A stretch of DNA of 64,000 nucleotides from an uncultured Candidatus Rokubacteria bacterium (lineage in GTDB: Bacteria; Methylomirabilota; Methylomirabilia; Rokubacteriales; CSP1-6): NCBI GenBank assembly GCA_963754315.1, contig CAVWFS010000016.1:128001-192000 (forward strand), given 5' to 3'. Each line of letters begins with the position of its first letter. Position 1 is the stretch's first letter. Position numbers and translations under genes: made by a program. The notes under the pieces are model-generated. The model was not told the origin of the DNA. It was given only the letters and a program-made list of their open reading frames with translations, and made no database searches. Shown piece by piece: positions 38,855 to 51,874 of the stretch.

Positions 38855-40087
38855 CAGCCGAGGACCTCTCGAACCTTCCCGACGGCCTGCCCCAGCACGT
38901 CGAGCTCGGCCCGCGTGTTGTAGAAAGCCAGCGAGGCGCGCGCGGTGGCCGGAACGCCGAACCGCTCCATCACCGGCATCGCGCAGTGATGGCCGGTGCG
39001 CACGGCCACACCCTCCTGATCCAGGATCGTGCCGACGTCGTGCGCGTGCACGCCCTCGACCACGAAGGACAGGATGGCCGATTTTCGGCGGGCGGTGCCA
39101 ATCAGCCGCACCCCCGGCACGGCGCCCAGCACCTCGGTGCCGTGGGCCAGAAGCTCGTGCTCGTAGGCCGCGATGCGATCCAGGCCGAGTTCGGCGATGT
39201 AGTCGAGTGCGGTGGCGAGGCCGATGGCGCCCGCGATATGGGGCGTCCCCGCCTCGAACTTGTACGGCAGGTCGTTGTAGACGGTCTTCTCGAAGGTGAC
39301 CTGCTTGATCATGTCGCCACCGCCCTGGTAGGGAGGCATCCGCTCGAGCCACCGCTCCTTGGCGTAGAGGACACCGATGCCCGGTGGGTCCGAAAGTCTT
39401 GTGACCGGAGAAGACGTAGAAGTCGCAGTCGAGGGACTGCACGTCGACCTGCTGGTGGGGCACGGCCTGGCAGCCGTCCACCAGCACCGGCACGCCCTGG
39501 TGGTGGGCGAGGGCGATGATCTCCTCGATGGGGGTGATCGTCCCGAGCGCGTTCGAGACCTGGGGCACGGCGACCAGCCTGGTCCGCGGTCCGAGCAGGC
39601 GCGCGTACTCCTCCATGATGAGATCGCCGCGATCGTCGACCGGTACCACCCTGAGCCGGGCGCCCTTCTCCTCGCACAGCATCTGCCAGGGGACGATGTT
39701 GGCGTGGTGCTCGATGGCCGTGATGATGATCTCGTCCCCGGCGGTGACGTTCGAACGTCCGTGAGTGGCCGCGACCAGGTTGATGCCCTCGGTGCCCTGG
39801 CGCACGAAGATGATCTCCCGGTGGGAGGCCGCGTTGAGGTGACGCTGGATTCGCGCGCGCGCGCCCTCGTAGGCGGCAGTGGCCCGCTCGCTCAGCGTGT
39901 GCACACCCCGGTGGACGTTGGCGTTGTCCTGCGCGTAGTAGCGGACGAGGGCATCGATCACGGCCTGCGGCTTCTGGCTGGTGGCCGCGCTGTCGAGATA
40001 CACGAGCGGCTTGCCGTGGACTTCCTGGTGCAGGATCGGGAAGTCCTTGCGGACACGCTCGACGTCCCAGTGAGTGTCGGTGATCAT
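38854..40087 (-). CDS. sufS: SufS cysteine desulfurase (+1 frameshift near 39381)
   Basis: [24 protein letters not shown] lysine, FEAGTP, RTGHHCA; an extra G in GGGC shifts GPTG into the frame IGVLYAKE. Confidence 0.93.
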
Positions 40088-41424
40088 GCGGTTTTCCTCA
40101 CGGCCCGGCCGGTCAGCCGTGCCATCAGCAAGCGGTCGAGGTACGCCCGGATCGGTGCGACCGTGATCCTGTCGACGACCTCACGCGCGAATCCGTAGGT
40201 GAGCAGAGCGCGAGCCGATGCCTCGTCCAGGCCCCGGCTCCTCAGATAGAAGAGGGCGTCCGGAGCCAGCTGTCCTTCAGCGGCGCCGTGCGTGCAGCGG
40301 ACGTCGTCGGCGAAGATCTCGAGCTGGGGCTTGCTGTCAACCTCCACGCCGTCTGAGAGAAGCAGGTGCTTGTTGGTCTGGTTGGCGTCGGTCTTCTGGG
40401 CGTCCGGCCGGACGATGATCCGTCCGTTGAAGACGGCGCGGGACGAGCCGTCGAGCACGCCCTTGTAGAGCTGCTGGCTCGAGCAGCGCGGCACGGCGTG
40501 GTCGACGGTCACGTGATTGTCGACATGCTGCCGCCCGTCGACGACGTAGAGGCCGCTCAGCGCGGCCCGGGCGCTCTGGCCCCCGAACCGTACGGCGAGG
40601 GTGGTGCGTGCGAGCCGTCCGCCGAACGTCATACCGCACGTCGAAAAGGAGCTCTCGTGCTCGAGGTCGGCGGCGATCGTGGTGATGTGGAAGGCGTCGG
40701 CTCCCTGCTCTTGCAACACGTAATGGTCGACCGACGCGCCGGGCGCGGCATCGATCTCGGTCACCGTGTTGGCGAAGTACGCCTCACCGGTGAAGCCCAT
40801 GTAACGCTCGACCACCTTGAACCGGCTCCCGGCTCCGGCCACGATCAGAACGCGCGGCTGTACCAGCGCGCCCGGCGACGTCGCCAGGAACAGCAGCTCG
40901 ATCGGCATGGGAAGCGACGCGTCCGCCGGGACGTGCAGGAATGCCCCGTCCTCGACGAACGCGGTGTTGAGCGCAGCGAAAGCGTTCGTCTCCCACGCGG
41001 CGTGCCGGGCCAGATGTCGCTCGACCAGCACCCCATCGTGCGCGATGGCCTCGGCGAGGCTCGACACCCGCACGCCCCCTGGCCGCGGCGTCCTCGACGA
41101 GTGCCGAGGGGAGAACCGGCCGTTGACGAAAACCAGGCGTGGCCCGTCGAGGTCGAGCGTGAACTGCTCAGGAGTTCCGGCCGGAAGCTCGTCACGCGTG
41201 ATGTGCTCGTCCGGCCTGAACGCCATGGCGGCGAGCGGTGCCAGATTGGTGTAGCGCCAGTCCTCGTCGCGCGTCGTCGGGAAGCCGAGCTCCCTGAAGC
41301 GGGCCATTGCCGATCGGCGCCGCGCGGCCAGCCACGATGGCGTTCTTTGCGCACCTCGCCGCTCGAGCCGCTCGAACTCGGTGAGATAGTGCTCCTGCTC
41401 CCGGGGGGCGACAACGGTGGACAT
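40084..41424 (-). CDS. sufD: Fe-S cluster assembly protein SufD
   Basis: [35 protein letters not shown]. Confidence 0.95.
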   Translation of the reverse strand: MSTVVAPREQEHYLTEFERLERRGAQRTPSWLAARRRSAMARFRELGFPTTRDEDWRYTNLAPLAAMAFRPDEHITRDELPAGTPEQFTLDLDGPRLVFVNGRFSPRHSSRTPRPGGVRVSSLAEAIAHDGVLVERHLARHAAWETNAFAALNTAFVEDGAFLHVPADASLPMPIELLFLATSPGALVQPRVLIVAGAGSRFKVVERYMGFTGEAYFANTVTEIDAAPGASVDHYVLQEQGADAFHITTIAADLEHESSFSTCGMTFGGRLARTTLAVRFGGQSARAALSGLYVVDGRQHVDNHVTVDHAVPRCSSQQLYKGVLDGSSRAVFNGRIIVRPDAQKTDANQTNKHLLLSDGVEVDSKPQLEIFADDVRCTHGAAEGQLAPDALFYLRSRGLDEASARALLTYGFAREVVDRITVAPIRAYLDRLLMARLTGRAVRKTA

Positions 41425-41427
41425 GTC

Positions 41428-42197
41428 TTACACGCCGGCCGGCTCGGCGGCAGCGACCTCTTCGCGGATCCAGTCGTAACCCCTGCGTTCCAGCTCCCGC
41501 GCCAGCTCCTTCTCACCCGACTTCACGATGCGGCCGTCGAAGAGCACATGAACCTTGTCGGGTTCGACGTACTCGAGCATCCGCTGGTAGTGGGTCACCA
41601 CGATCATCGCGTTGTCGGGCCGGCGCAGCCGGTTCACACCCGCCGCGACGACCTTGAGGGCGTCGATGTCGAGCCCGGAGTCGGTCTCGTCGAGGATGGC
41701 CAGCCGAGGTTCCAGCACCGCCATCTGGAGGATCTCGTTCCGCTTCTTCTCGCCGCCCGAGAATCCTTCGTTGACGGGCCGATTGACAAAGCTTCGGTCC
41801 ATCTCGACCAGCGCCAGCTTCTTCTCCAGCAGCTCGAGGAATTCCATGGCGTCCAGCTCCTCAAGCCCCTGGCGCGCGCGCCTCTCGTTGACGGCGGCCT
41901 TCAGGAAGTAGGCATTGTTCACACCAGGGATCTCGACCGGGTACTGGAAGGCCAGGAACAGACCGGCCCGGGCACGCTCCTCGGGCGGCATGGCCAGCAG
42001 GTCCTGGCCCAGGTAGGTCACGGTGCCGCCGGTGACGGCGTAGGCGGGGTGTCCCGCCAGCACCTGGGCCAAGGTGCTCTTCCCGGAGCCATTGGGACCC
42101 ATCACCGCGTGGACCTCGCCCGCCTTCACCTCGAGGTTGACCCGCTTGAGGATCTCCCGGCCCTCGACACCCGCCGACAGGTCGCGGATGCTCAGCA

Positions 42198-42198
<1 letters not shown>
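41428..42198 (-). CDS. sufC: Fe-S cluster assembly ATPase SufC
   Basis: [40 protein letters not shown]. Confidence 0.96.
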
Positions 42199-43658
<1,460 letters not shown>

Positions 43659-43707
43659 AACTTGGCTCTCCGCTGCCACCCTCCAAGGCTATACCGAAAT
43701 CTATCTA

Positions 43708-43722
43708 CGATCAAATTGGTCG
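43708..43722. promoter_or_regulatory. Candidate operator upstream of sufB
   Basis: Near-perfect palindrome CGATCAA-A-TTGGTCG about 50 bp before the start. Confidence 0.45.
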
Positions 43723-43943
43723 CCGTTATTTTGGAGATGGCCATGGATCAGGGTGGAATAGATGTGAAGACTTGTATTTAGACGACATAATCGTGGCCGG
43801 AATCACGATTGGGCCGACCTGGCCAGATTCTCTGTCTCGGCGTGGCCACCTACCTTGGCGGCCCGGCGAAGCTATTAAAGGATGAGTCCTAAAGCTAAAT
43901 AGTGTGCCATGCTGTCAAGCATCGCTGAATAGCGGAGTGGAGC

Positions 43944-45106
43944 ATGAAACGGGGTCCCACCGGGCGGTACGCGGTCACCTGGGTCGGAGGCGAGGAGATT
44001 CGCGCCTTCGTGCCGAGTCGGCTCCCGCCCGAGCCTCCGCTTGACCTGACGGGTGCCCGGCAACTGCTTCTTGAACGGGCCCTCCTTGCCCTCGGGCGGC
44101 TGGACAGCGTCTCGCTGCTGTTGCCCGCCATGCACCTGTTTCTCTACACCTACGTGCGCAAGGAGGCCGTGCTCTCCTCGCAGATCGAAGGGACCCAGTC
44201 GTCGCTCTCGGACCTCCTGCTGTTCGAGCTGGAGGAGGCCCCGGGCGCGCCGATGGAGGACGTGGTGGAAGTCTCCAACTACGTCGCCGCGCTGAACCAC
44301 GGCTTGGAGCGGCTGAGGGGAGGCTTCCCTCTCTCCAACCGGCTCATCCGAGAGATCCACGCGCAGCTTCTCTCACGTGGGCGGGGGGCCGAGAGGGATC
44401 CCGGTGAGTTCCGCCGGTCGCAGAACTGGATCGGCGGCACGCGGCCCGGCAACGCCCACTTCGTGCCGCCGCCGCACCATGACGTCGCAGACTGCATGGG
44501 CGCACTCGAGCGCTTCCTCCACGAGGAGACGACAGCGGTTCCCGTTCTCGTGAGAACCGGACTGGCGCACGTCCAGTTCGAGACCATTCATCCATTCCTA
44601 GACGGGAACGGACGGGTTGGCCGCCTGCTCATCACCCTCCTGTTATTGCACGCAGGGGTTCTGAGGGAGCCCCTCCTCTATCTCAGCCTCTACTTCAAGC
44701 AGCATCGAGCGGACTACTATCGGCTCCTCGACGGCGTCCGTACAGACGGGGACTGGGAAGAGTGGCTCGATTTCTTCCTGGAAGGTGTGCGCGCCACGGC
44801 CGATCTGGCGGTGGCGACAGCGCAGCGCCTGGTCACGCTGTTCGGCGAAGACCGCGACCGCATCCGAGGGGGGGACGTGCGGCCGGATCGGCCCTGCGAG
44901 TCTACGATCTCCTGAGAGAGCGGCCGCTGGCCTCGCTCAAGATGGCGAGCCAGCGAACCGGACTCTCGTTTCCCGCCGCGACCTCCGGGATGCGGGTGCT
45001 GGTCGATCTCGGCATCGCGCGCGAGGTGACGGGCCGCCGGCGCAACCGGGTCTTCGCCTACGACCGTTATTTGGCCGTCCTCAACGAAGGCACGGAGCCC
45101 GTTTAG
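43944..45106 (+). CDS. Fic family protein (frameshift in G7 run 44868-44874)
   Basis: HPFLDGNGRVGR Fic motif, N-terminal SSQIEG inhibitory motif, C-terminal wHTH-like EVTGRRRNRVFAY in the second frame. Confidence 0.9.
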
Positions 45107-45143
45107 GGTCTGCGCAGTCGACCAGACCGAGCGCTAAGCCCTT

Positions 45144-45483
45144 TCAGAAAGTGGGCCGCCGGTCGTCGCGCAGGACCAGCGCCAGGAGCCCGCTCGTGTC
45201 GGCCAGCAGCTTCACGCTCGCCCTCCTTGGCGCTCTCCTTGGGCCAATCGTAGAGGTAGAAATCGTGGTTGACCGATTCGTCGCCCAGCGAGCCCTCAAC
45301 GCAGCCAATGATTGCATCGGCGGGATCGTGAGCGCCGGCGGCTCGGGTCTCGTCATCGGTGCGGCCGAGGTAGCGATCGACCGCTTCTCGCACGATGGCC
45401 GCCAAGGGGACGCGCCGCCGACCGGCCTGATAGCGGAGCTCCTGGTAGGTCGGCTCGTCGACGGTAGGTTCGCGGTGACCCAC
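45144..45483 (-). pseudogene. Degenerate TA pair: CopG-like antitoxin plus 23-codon PIN head
   Basis: AAIVREAVDRYL...SVNHDFYLY, followed by GTG 45215 VKLLADTSGLLALVLRDD and an early stop. Confidence 0.7.
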
Positions 45484-45489
45484 ATGGGC

Positions 45490-45552
45490 GATGGGTGGGC
45501 CGCCTGCTCATCACCCTCCTGCTGTGCCACGCGGGGGTCTGAGGGAACCCTC
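45490..45552 (+). repeat. Diverged internal fragment of a fic gene
   Basis: 24-bp exact match ggccgcctgctcatcaccctcctg (45498-45521 = 44619-44642) within about 60 bp of similarity. Confidence 0.8.
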
Positions 45553-45586
45553 TTTGGGTTGATCAGGATGGTGTCCAGAAATTCGG

Positions 45587-45715
45587 GTGTGGTTTAATCG
45601 TACGCGACAGCTCAATCTTGACCACCAGCGCGTCAGGTCATCGAGACCGAGCTGGCCGGGGAGAAGCGATCTTGATGTCCTGGACGTGGGTTGTGGGCGG
45701 AAGCCCTTCTATTCC
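45587..45715 (+). pseudogene. Class I SAM-methyltransferase fragment
   Basis: Motif I LDVLDVGCGRKPF, with no continuation. Confidence 0.55.
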
Positions 45716-45751
45716 GGGGCAGAGTCTAGGGCCCCACGGCGGCCTCCGCAG

Positions 45752-46824
45752 ATGAGACGCAACGCGAAGCTCATATTTGGCTTCGCGGTCAAGGCCCTGC
45801 TCATCATAGTTATTACGTTTCTGGCGGCCGAGCTGAGCTTGCGTTTGTACCATTACTTCAACCCGGTCTTCGTATTTCCATCGAGCTCCTATGAACGATA
45901 CCGCGGCAAACCCTTCTCTCAAGACTATGCCTTCCGGCTCAACTCTAAGGGCTTCAAGGACATCGAGTTCAACAAGGAAAAGGAGCCGGAACATATCGGA
46001 TCCTGGGAATTGGTGATTCCTTCACGTTCGGTGCCGTCCCGTATGAGCACAATTATTTGACCCTTTTAGAAGATATGCTCAACTCACCAAAAGCTGGGCA
46101 CAGATATGAAGTGATCAATATGGGGATCCCTGGCACGAGCGTGAATCATTATCTCGCGCTCCTGCTGCGAGAAGGACTCGAGCTGGATCCGGACCTCGTC
46201 GTGCTCTCCATTTTTCTGGGGAATGATCTTTCCGAAACCGACAAGCACCAACCGGTGACGTCCTACGTCGTATCTCTGGTGAGGGTTCTTTGGCAGGTGC
46301 CAGAGCATCTTGAAGCGCGCCAAATCCACCCCCTGCTGGCGTATGAGGACGACCAGCCCACGTTTTCCTATGATCGGTTCCTCGACATCGAGGTAGCACG
46401 GGCCCCCATCTACCTCGTGCGGAACCCCGACACCGAAAAATGGGTCCGGAATGCCGTGAAATATGTGAAGGAAATCGACCGCATCTGCGTCTTCAAGAAA
46501 GTCCGTCTCCTTATCGTTCTCATCCCGGACGAGTTGCAAATCGACAGCGATCTTCAGCGCGCAGTTATCCAAAAGTGGAAGGTCCCCCCTCGGGATATGG
46601 ATTTTTCGCTGCCAAACAAGATGCTTTCCTTAGAGCTTGAACAAGCTGGCCTAACGTATGTGGACCTCATGGAACCGTTCCGGCGAGTGTCATCTCACAC
46701 GCGACTATACAAGCCATACGACACCCACTGGAATATCGCCGGCAACCGGCTGGCGGCGGAGATCATCTACCACTATATTGCCAGCGGTGCTCGGCGGATG
46801 AGCCTGCTACGTCGCAACGACTGA
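45752..46824 (+). CDS. SGNH/GDSL hydrolase-family membrane-anchored protein (frameshift near 45987)
   Basis: LNSKGFKD; reconstructed YRILGIGDSFTFG; EVINMGIPG, FLGND, DTHWNIAGN; visibly AT-richer codons than its neighbours. Confidence 0.82.
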
Positions 46825-46975
46825 GAGTAGACGAGCACACTGGTGTCGACCGCCCGCGCGGCCTACCGGCCGTTCATCAGGTCGAACAGGTTGTCTCCGT
46901 CCAGGATGTCGACTCCGGGTTGTTCCTGGGGTCCCGGCGTGGGGATCTTGAAGGGTGATCGCCTCTTTTGCCAAG
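46824..46975 (-). pseudogene. Second degenerate TA pair: antitoxin tail plus PIN head
   Basis: ...FKIPTPGPQEQPGVDILDGDNLFDLMNGR* followed by (A)RAVDTSVLVYS with GCG where a start codon is expected. Confidence 0.6.
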
Positions 46976-47060
46976 CGTGTGAGTGGCATAGTATGCCCCC
47001 AAGGCCCTCCCACGGCACGCGAGTCGGTCCTTCACATCTCCACGATGAGAGGAGATCGCG

Positions 47061-47528
47061 ATGACGCCCGTCACCATCAACGGAAGGCGCTACACCATCG
47101 ACCTCCCCGACGACACCCCGCTTCTGTGGGCCCTGCGCGACGAGCTGGGACTGACCGGGACCAAGTTCGGCTGCGGCATGGCGCTGTGTGGCGCGTGCAC
47201 CGTGCACGTCGACGGGCAACCGCTGCGCTCCTGTTTGACGCCGATATCCTCGGTGGCGAACAAGAAGGTCACCACCATTGAGGGAATCAGCGCTGACAAG
47301 GTTGGAAAGGCTGTGCAAGCGGCCTGGGTCGAGATGGGCGTTCCCCAATGCGGCTACTGCCAGACCGGGCAGATCATGTCGGCCACCGCCCTGCTCAAGC
47401 GCAACCCCCGGCCGAGCGACACCGACATCGACGACGCCATGAGCGGCAACATCTGCCGCTGCGGTACCTACGTGCGTATTCGCAATGCCATCAAGCGGAC
47501 CGCGAGCCGGCAGGGAGGTGTCGCATGA
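47061..47528 (+). CDS. iorA: (2Fe-2S) subunit of isoquinoline 1-oxidoreductase-like molybdoenzyme
   Basis: [32 protein letters not shown]. Confidence 0.9.
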   Translation: MTPVTINGRRYTIDLPDDTPLLWALRDELGLTGTKFGCGMALCGACTVHVDGQPLRSCLTPISSVANKKVTTIEGISADKVGKAVQAAWVEMGVPQCGYCQTGQIMSATALLKRNPRPSDTDIDDAMSGNICRCGTYVRIRNAIKRTASRQGGVA

Positions 47529-49844
47529 GCGCGCCGCGCGCCGGGATGCAACCGAGGGCAGACAATCTGGTGCTGGCCAACGTGAGCCGGCGCCGGTTCA
47601 TTCAAGGTGTGTCGGCCCTCGGCGGACTCGTGCTTGCCGCCGGATTTCCATCCGCCCTGCGTGGCGCCGATCCGCCCAAGTATGGCGCAGACGGCATGCC
47701 GAATGGCTGGGTGGACGACCCGCTCGTCTTCGTGGCCATCGGCGAGGATGGTACGGTGTCGATCGTGTGCCACCGCTCCGAGATGGGGCAGGGCGTGCGC
47801 ACCGGCATGCCCATGATCGTGGCCGACGAGCTCGAGGCCGACTGGCGACGCGTGCGCGTCGTCCAGGCCACCGGTGACGAGAAGCGCTTCGGTAACCAGG
47901 ACACCGACGGATCGCGCAGCACGCGGCACTTCTTCGAGCCGATGCGCCGCTGCGGCGCTGCTGCCCGCACCATGCTGGAGACGGCCGCCGCCGCCCGCTG
48001 GAAGGTGCCCGCGGCCGAGGTCGAGGCAAAGAACCACGAGGTCGTGCATCGTCCGACAGGGCGCCGTCTAGGCTACGGTGCCCTTGCGAAGGCTGCCGCC
48101 AGCCAGCCCGTTCCGGCCCGGGAGACCTTACGCCTCAAGACACCAGCGCAGTTTCGATACATCGGCAAGGGACAGCTGAAGCTGGTTGATGCGCCCGACA
48201 TCGTCACCGGCAAGGCGCAGTATGGGATGGACACTCGGCTGGACGGGATGCTCTATGCCGTGGTGGCGCGTCCGCCGGTCTATGGCGGAAAGGTCGTGCG
48301 GTATGACGCGACCGAGGCGCTCAAGGTGCCAGGGGTGGTGCGTGTGGTGGAGATCGAGTCCAACTCGCCACCGCCCATGTTCAATCCGCTGGGCGGAGTT
48401 GCCGTCATCGGCCGCAACACGTGGGCCGCCATTCAAGGTCGGCGGGCGCTGAAGATCGAGTGGGAGGACGGCCCGAACGCCAGCTACGATTCGACGACTT
48501 TCAAGGTGACGCTCGAGGAGGCCGCCCGCAAGCCTGGCAAGGTCGTTCGCAACGATGGCAACTTCGACGCGGCGGTGGCTACAGCGGCGCGCCGCCTCGA
48601 TGCCGAGTACTACGTCCCGCATCTCACTCATGCCGCCATGGAGCCGCCAGCGGCGACCGTGCGCATCGTGGGAGGCAAGTGTGAGGTGTGGGGCTGCTTT
48701 CAATCTCCTCAAGCGACCCGAGACATGGTGGCCAAGCGGCTCGACATGTCCGCGGCCGACGTGACGGTACGGGTCACCTTGCTGGGCGGTGGCTTCGGAA
48801 GGAAATCCAAGCCCGATTTCGCCGTGGAGGCAGCCGTTCTCTCCAAGGCCGTGGACGGTAAGCCGGTGAAGGTGACCTGGACGCGCGACGACGACCTCCA
48901 GCATTCCTACTTCCACACGGTGTCGGTCGAGCACCTCGAGGCTGGTGTCGATACCCAGGGCAAGCCGGTGGCCTGGCTGCACCGCAGCGTTGCCCCGACC
49001 ATCATCTCGACGTTCGAGAAGGGGGCGAACCATGAGGCTCCCTTTGAGCTCGGCATGGGGGTCATCAACGTCCCCTTCGCCATTCCAAACATTCGCATCG
49101 AGAACCCGCCGGCCACCGCCCACACGCGCATCGGCTGGTTCCGCTCGGTCTCGAACATTCCCCACGCCTTCGCGGTCCAGTCGTTCGTGGCCGAGCTGGC
49201 GGCGGCGGCCGGGCGCGATCCGAAGGACTTCCTGCTGGACGTGATCGGGCCGGCCCGCGTGATCAATCCGCAGGTCATCGGGGATACCTGGAATCATGGT
49301 GAGTCCCCGGAGCGCTATCCGGTGGACACCGGGCGGCTGCGGCGGGTGGTGGAGACGGCGGCGCGCGAGGCGGGATGGGGCCGCGACGTTGCCCAAGGGT
49401 CGTGGGCTCGGTATCGCCGCCCACTACAGCTTCGTGACCTACGTGGCGACGGTGGTGGAGGTTGCCGTCGACGACAAGGGAGGGCTGACCATCCCGCGCG
49501 TGGATCTCGCGGTGGACTGCGGAGCGGTGGTCAATCCTGAGCGCGTGCGCGCCCAGATGGAGGGGGCGTGCGTGATGGGCGTCAGCGTGGCCATGCTGGG
49601 CGAGATCAGCTTCAAGGGCGGCCGGGTGGAGCAAAGCAACTTCAACGGCTACGAGGTAACGCGCATGAGCGGGGCGCCCCGTGAGATCCGCGTGCACCTG
49701 ATTCCGGGTGACTTCGCCAAGCCCCTCGGCGGCGTGGGCGAGCCCGGCGTGCCGCCCATTCCGCCCGCGCTCTGCAACGCTATCTACGCGGCGACGGGCA
49801 AGCGCATCCGGCGGTTGCCTATCCGGGAGCAGCTGAAAGCCTAA
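47525..49844 (+). CDS. iorB: Molybdopterin-binding subunit, IorB-like, with Tat motif (+1 frameshift near 49383)
   Basis: [28 protein letters not shown]-terminal GGVGEPG...RIRRLP in the second frame. Confidence 0.88.
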
Positions 49845-49919
49845 GCTCGCGCGTGCGGCCGAGGTCTCCGGGCCGGTCGCGGTGTGGCTCTCTCCAGCCG
49901 CGGCTCCGTCTCCCTACGG

Positions 49920-50351
49920 TCACGGGAGCAACTCGAGCGCCCGCGTGAGGCGTGGGCCCACACGGATGGCGGCGAAGTCGCGGCGATCCGTGGTCAGTAC
50001 CCGGTAGATGTGCCGTCGTTCCGCGACCGCAGCGACTGTTCCGTCCACGAGCCCCAACTTGAGCGGCGCGAATCTGGCGTCGAGCTCGAGGGCACGAACG
50101 ATGTCGGACGGTAGCGGCAGCTCATACTCGTAGCGCGTGGCGGGATCGAAAATCTCAGCGACGAGTTTCCGCATGGCGGTCCTATGCTCGCCGAGAAAGT
50201 AGTCCAGCTCGGCGAGAACGAGGCCGGGCACAATCACCAGACTCGCGGATCTCAGGATCTTCTCGTACTCGGGAAAGCTAGGCTTGCCGTCTCTCGTGCT
50301 GGCGAGGGCGCGGAGCAGCCCACCGGTGTCGGCGACGATCGGCGGACTCAA
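49920..50351 (-). CDS. vapC: PIN-domain toxin
   Basis: IVADTGGLL, LAELDY, LGLVDG, LTTDRRDF. Confidence 0.88.
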   Translation of the reverse strand: MSPPIVADTGGLLRALASTRDGKPSFPEYEKILRSASLVIVPGLVLAELDYFLGEHRTAMRKLVAEIFDPATRYEYELPLPSDIVRALELDARFAPLKLGLVDGTVAAVAERRHIYRVLTTDRRDFAAIRVGPRLTRALELLP

Positions 50352-50575
50352 GTCTCAAGGTCTCTGAAGAGCTCGGATTCATCGCCGAGTTTGTTGTCCG
50401 TCGACTCGAACAGACGTGTCGAGGGCGGTCGGCGGCCGGCGTAATAGCGGGAGGCCACCACCCGCAGGCCCTTCCGAATGAGAGCCGAGGCGGAGTGGCC
50501 AGCCGCGCGGGCTCTCCGCAGCGCGCGGACATCCTCCTCTTCGAGCCGAACCGTCGTCGAAATCAAGCGCGCCAT
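50348..50575 (-). CDS. CopG/RHH antitoxin
   Basis: ISTTVRL...SALIRKGL; overlaps the PIN start; tandem ATGTATGG repeats at 50572-50590. Confidence 0.78.
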   Translation of the reverse strand: MARLISTTVRLEEEDVRALRRARAAGHSASALIRKGLRVVASRYYAGRRPPSTRLFESTDNKLGDESELFRDLET

Positions 50576-50663
50576 ACATTCACCATACATCGCGTAACTT
50601 CCCAGCGCAACCGGCCTCTTGAAGCGATCGCGCGCGGCCGGGGAGCGGAGGGTCGAGCCGGAG

Positions 50664-51738
50664 CTATCGGGACGCCTGGGAAGTTCGGGAGCGAGGCGGG
50701 AGCACCGGCTTGATTCCCGTCAGAAGAGCGAAGCGCGCGCACAGCCGATCTCCGAACGACGAGGCGTCGAGGGGATTTGGCGGCGCCGTCGCGGCGCCCG
50801 GCAGGGCCACACGACTCTCGGCGGCGCGGACGAGACCGCGCATGCAGGCGAACGTCTCGTAGTACGCGAGGGTCGTGTGGTCGAGCCGCCGGCGGCGCCG
50901 GTAGCCGGCCAGGTAGCGGGCGAGGACGAAGCGGAGGAATCCTTCCAGAGCCCATCGCCGCGGAGCCGATACCTGAAGAATCTCCAGTGGAGTCAGCGCC
51001 AGGATCACCCGCGTGGCGGCGACGTCGCAGGCCGGATCGGCCACCACCACGTTGGGCCAGTCGAGCACCGCGGTGACCTGGCCCCTGTCGACGAGGAGGT
51101 TGAGGGGATGGAAGTCGCCGTGGCAGATCGCGCGCGGGCCTCTGCGGCGCCGGCCGCCGGTTCCGGAGCCAGCGCATGGCCGGGTCAAGACCGTTGAGAT
51201 GGCGGCGCGCGATACGAGACTCGAGCTGGGTCAGATGACCATCGAGGGTCACCAGTCCACTGGCGCCCGGTGCCTCGCGCTCGAGCGCCTCGAGGAGAGT
51301 CTCGGGGTCGAGGGCGTGGAGCCGGAGCTGGGTGTCGACGAGGAGGCGTGCGACGCCGAGGCGCTGCGCATCGAGCAGCGGCCGGCCGGGCCTCCGCTCC
51401 ATGACGAGGAAGGCGCCGCCCAGAATCTCGGTGTCGGCGCTCGCAAGAAAAACGCGCGGTGCGGGAAAGCCCAGGTCCGCGAGAGTGTTCTGGGTGGCGC
51501 GCTCGCGCAGCGCTCGGCCGGGATCGTGAAGCGGGGAAAGCACCCTCAGAATGAGCGGCCCCGTCAAAGCCGGCGCCGCTCCGCTCAGGCGCATAGTGAA
51601 GATCTGCGTATCGAAGCCGCCGCTGAGCGGAACCGGCGGCTCGACAAAATCGAGGCTCGGACTCTGAAGCTCTGCCCGGAGATAGTGCAGGAGGCGCGCA
51701 GGGAGATCTCTTGCGGCGTCGCTGACCGTGGCGCTCAG
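50664..51738 (-). CDS. Aminoglycoside/choline phosphotransferase-family protein (+1 frameshift near 51137; apparent CTG start)
   Basis: LSGGFDT, FLVMER..G, Brenner motif CHGDFHPLN, VLDW. Confidence 0.82.
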
Positions 51739-51817
51739 CCCTCACCCACGGCTCACGTGCCCTCGCGGGCGTCGCGGATCCGCCGGGTACCTTGCACTAC
51801 CTGGACTTCGGGGTCCA

Positions 51818-51874
51818 TCACTCGCGTGTCCACGGCCACGGTACCGAGATCTCGGAGAAGAGTCCGAATTTCAT
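51818..51874 (-). pseudogene. 18-codon head of an LLM monooxygenase gene
   Basis: RBS AGGAG then MKFGLFSEISVPWPWTRE*. Confidence 0.6.

Noticed and set aside
38408..40087. 559-aa apparent SufS-SufU fusion in the ORF track
   Set aside because: An extra G near 39381 moves SufS into the SufU frame through a nonsense-like linker; the true SufS C-terminus is intact in another frame and SufU has its own ATG
45100..45142. Possible integron attC after fic (GTTTAGG...GGTCTG/CAGACC...CTAAGCCC)
   Set aside because: It lacks the RYYYAAC...GTTRRRY order, no similar sites flank other genes, and there is no integron integrase
44611..45552. Diverged repeat pair as a DGR template/variable repeat
   Set aside because: Differences are not adenine-specific, the repeat is short, and no reverse transcriptase is present
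46985..46997. GGCATAGTATGCC upstream of iorA as a sigma54 promoter
   Set aside because: No GC at the required spacing from GG; only a short palindrome of unknown meaning
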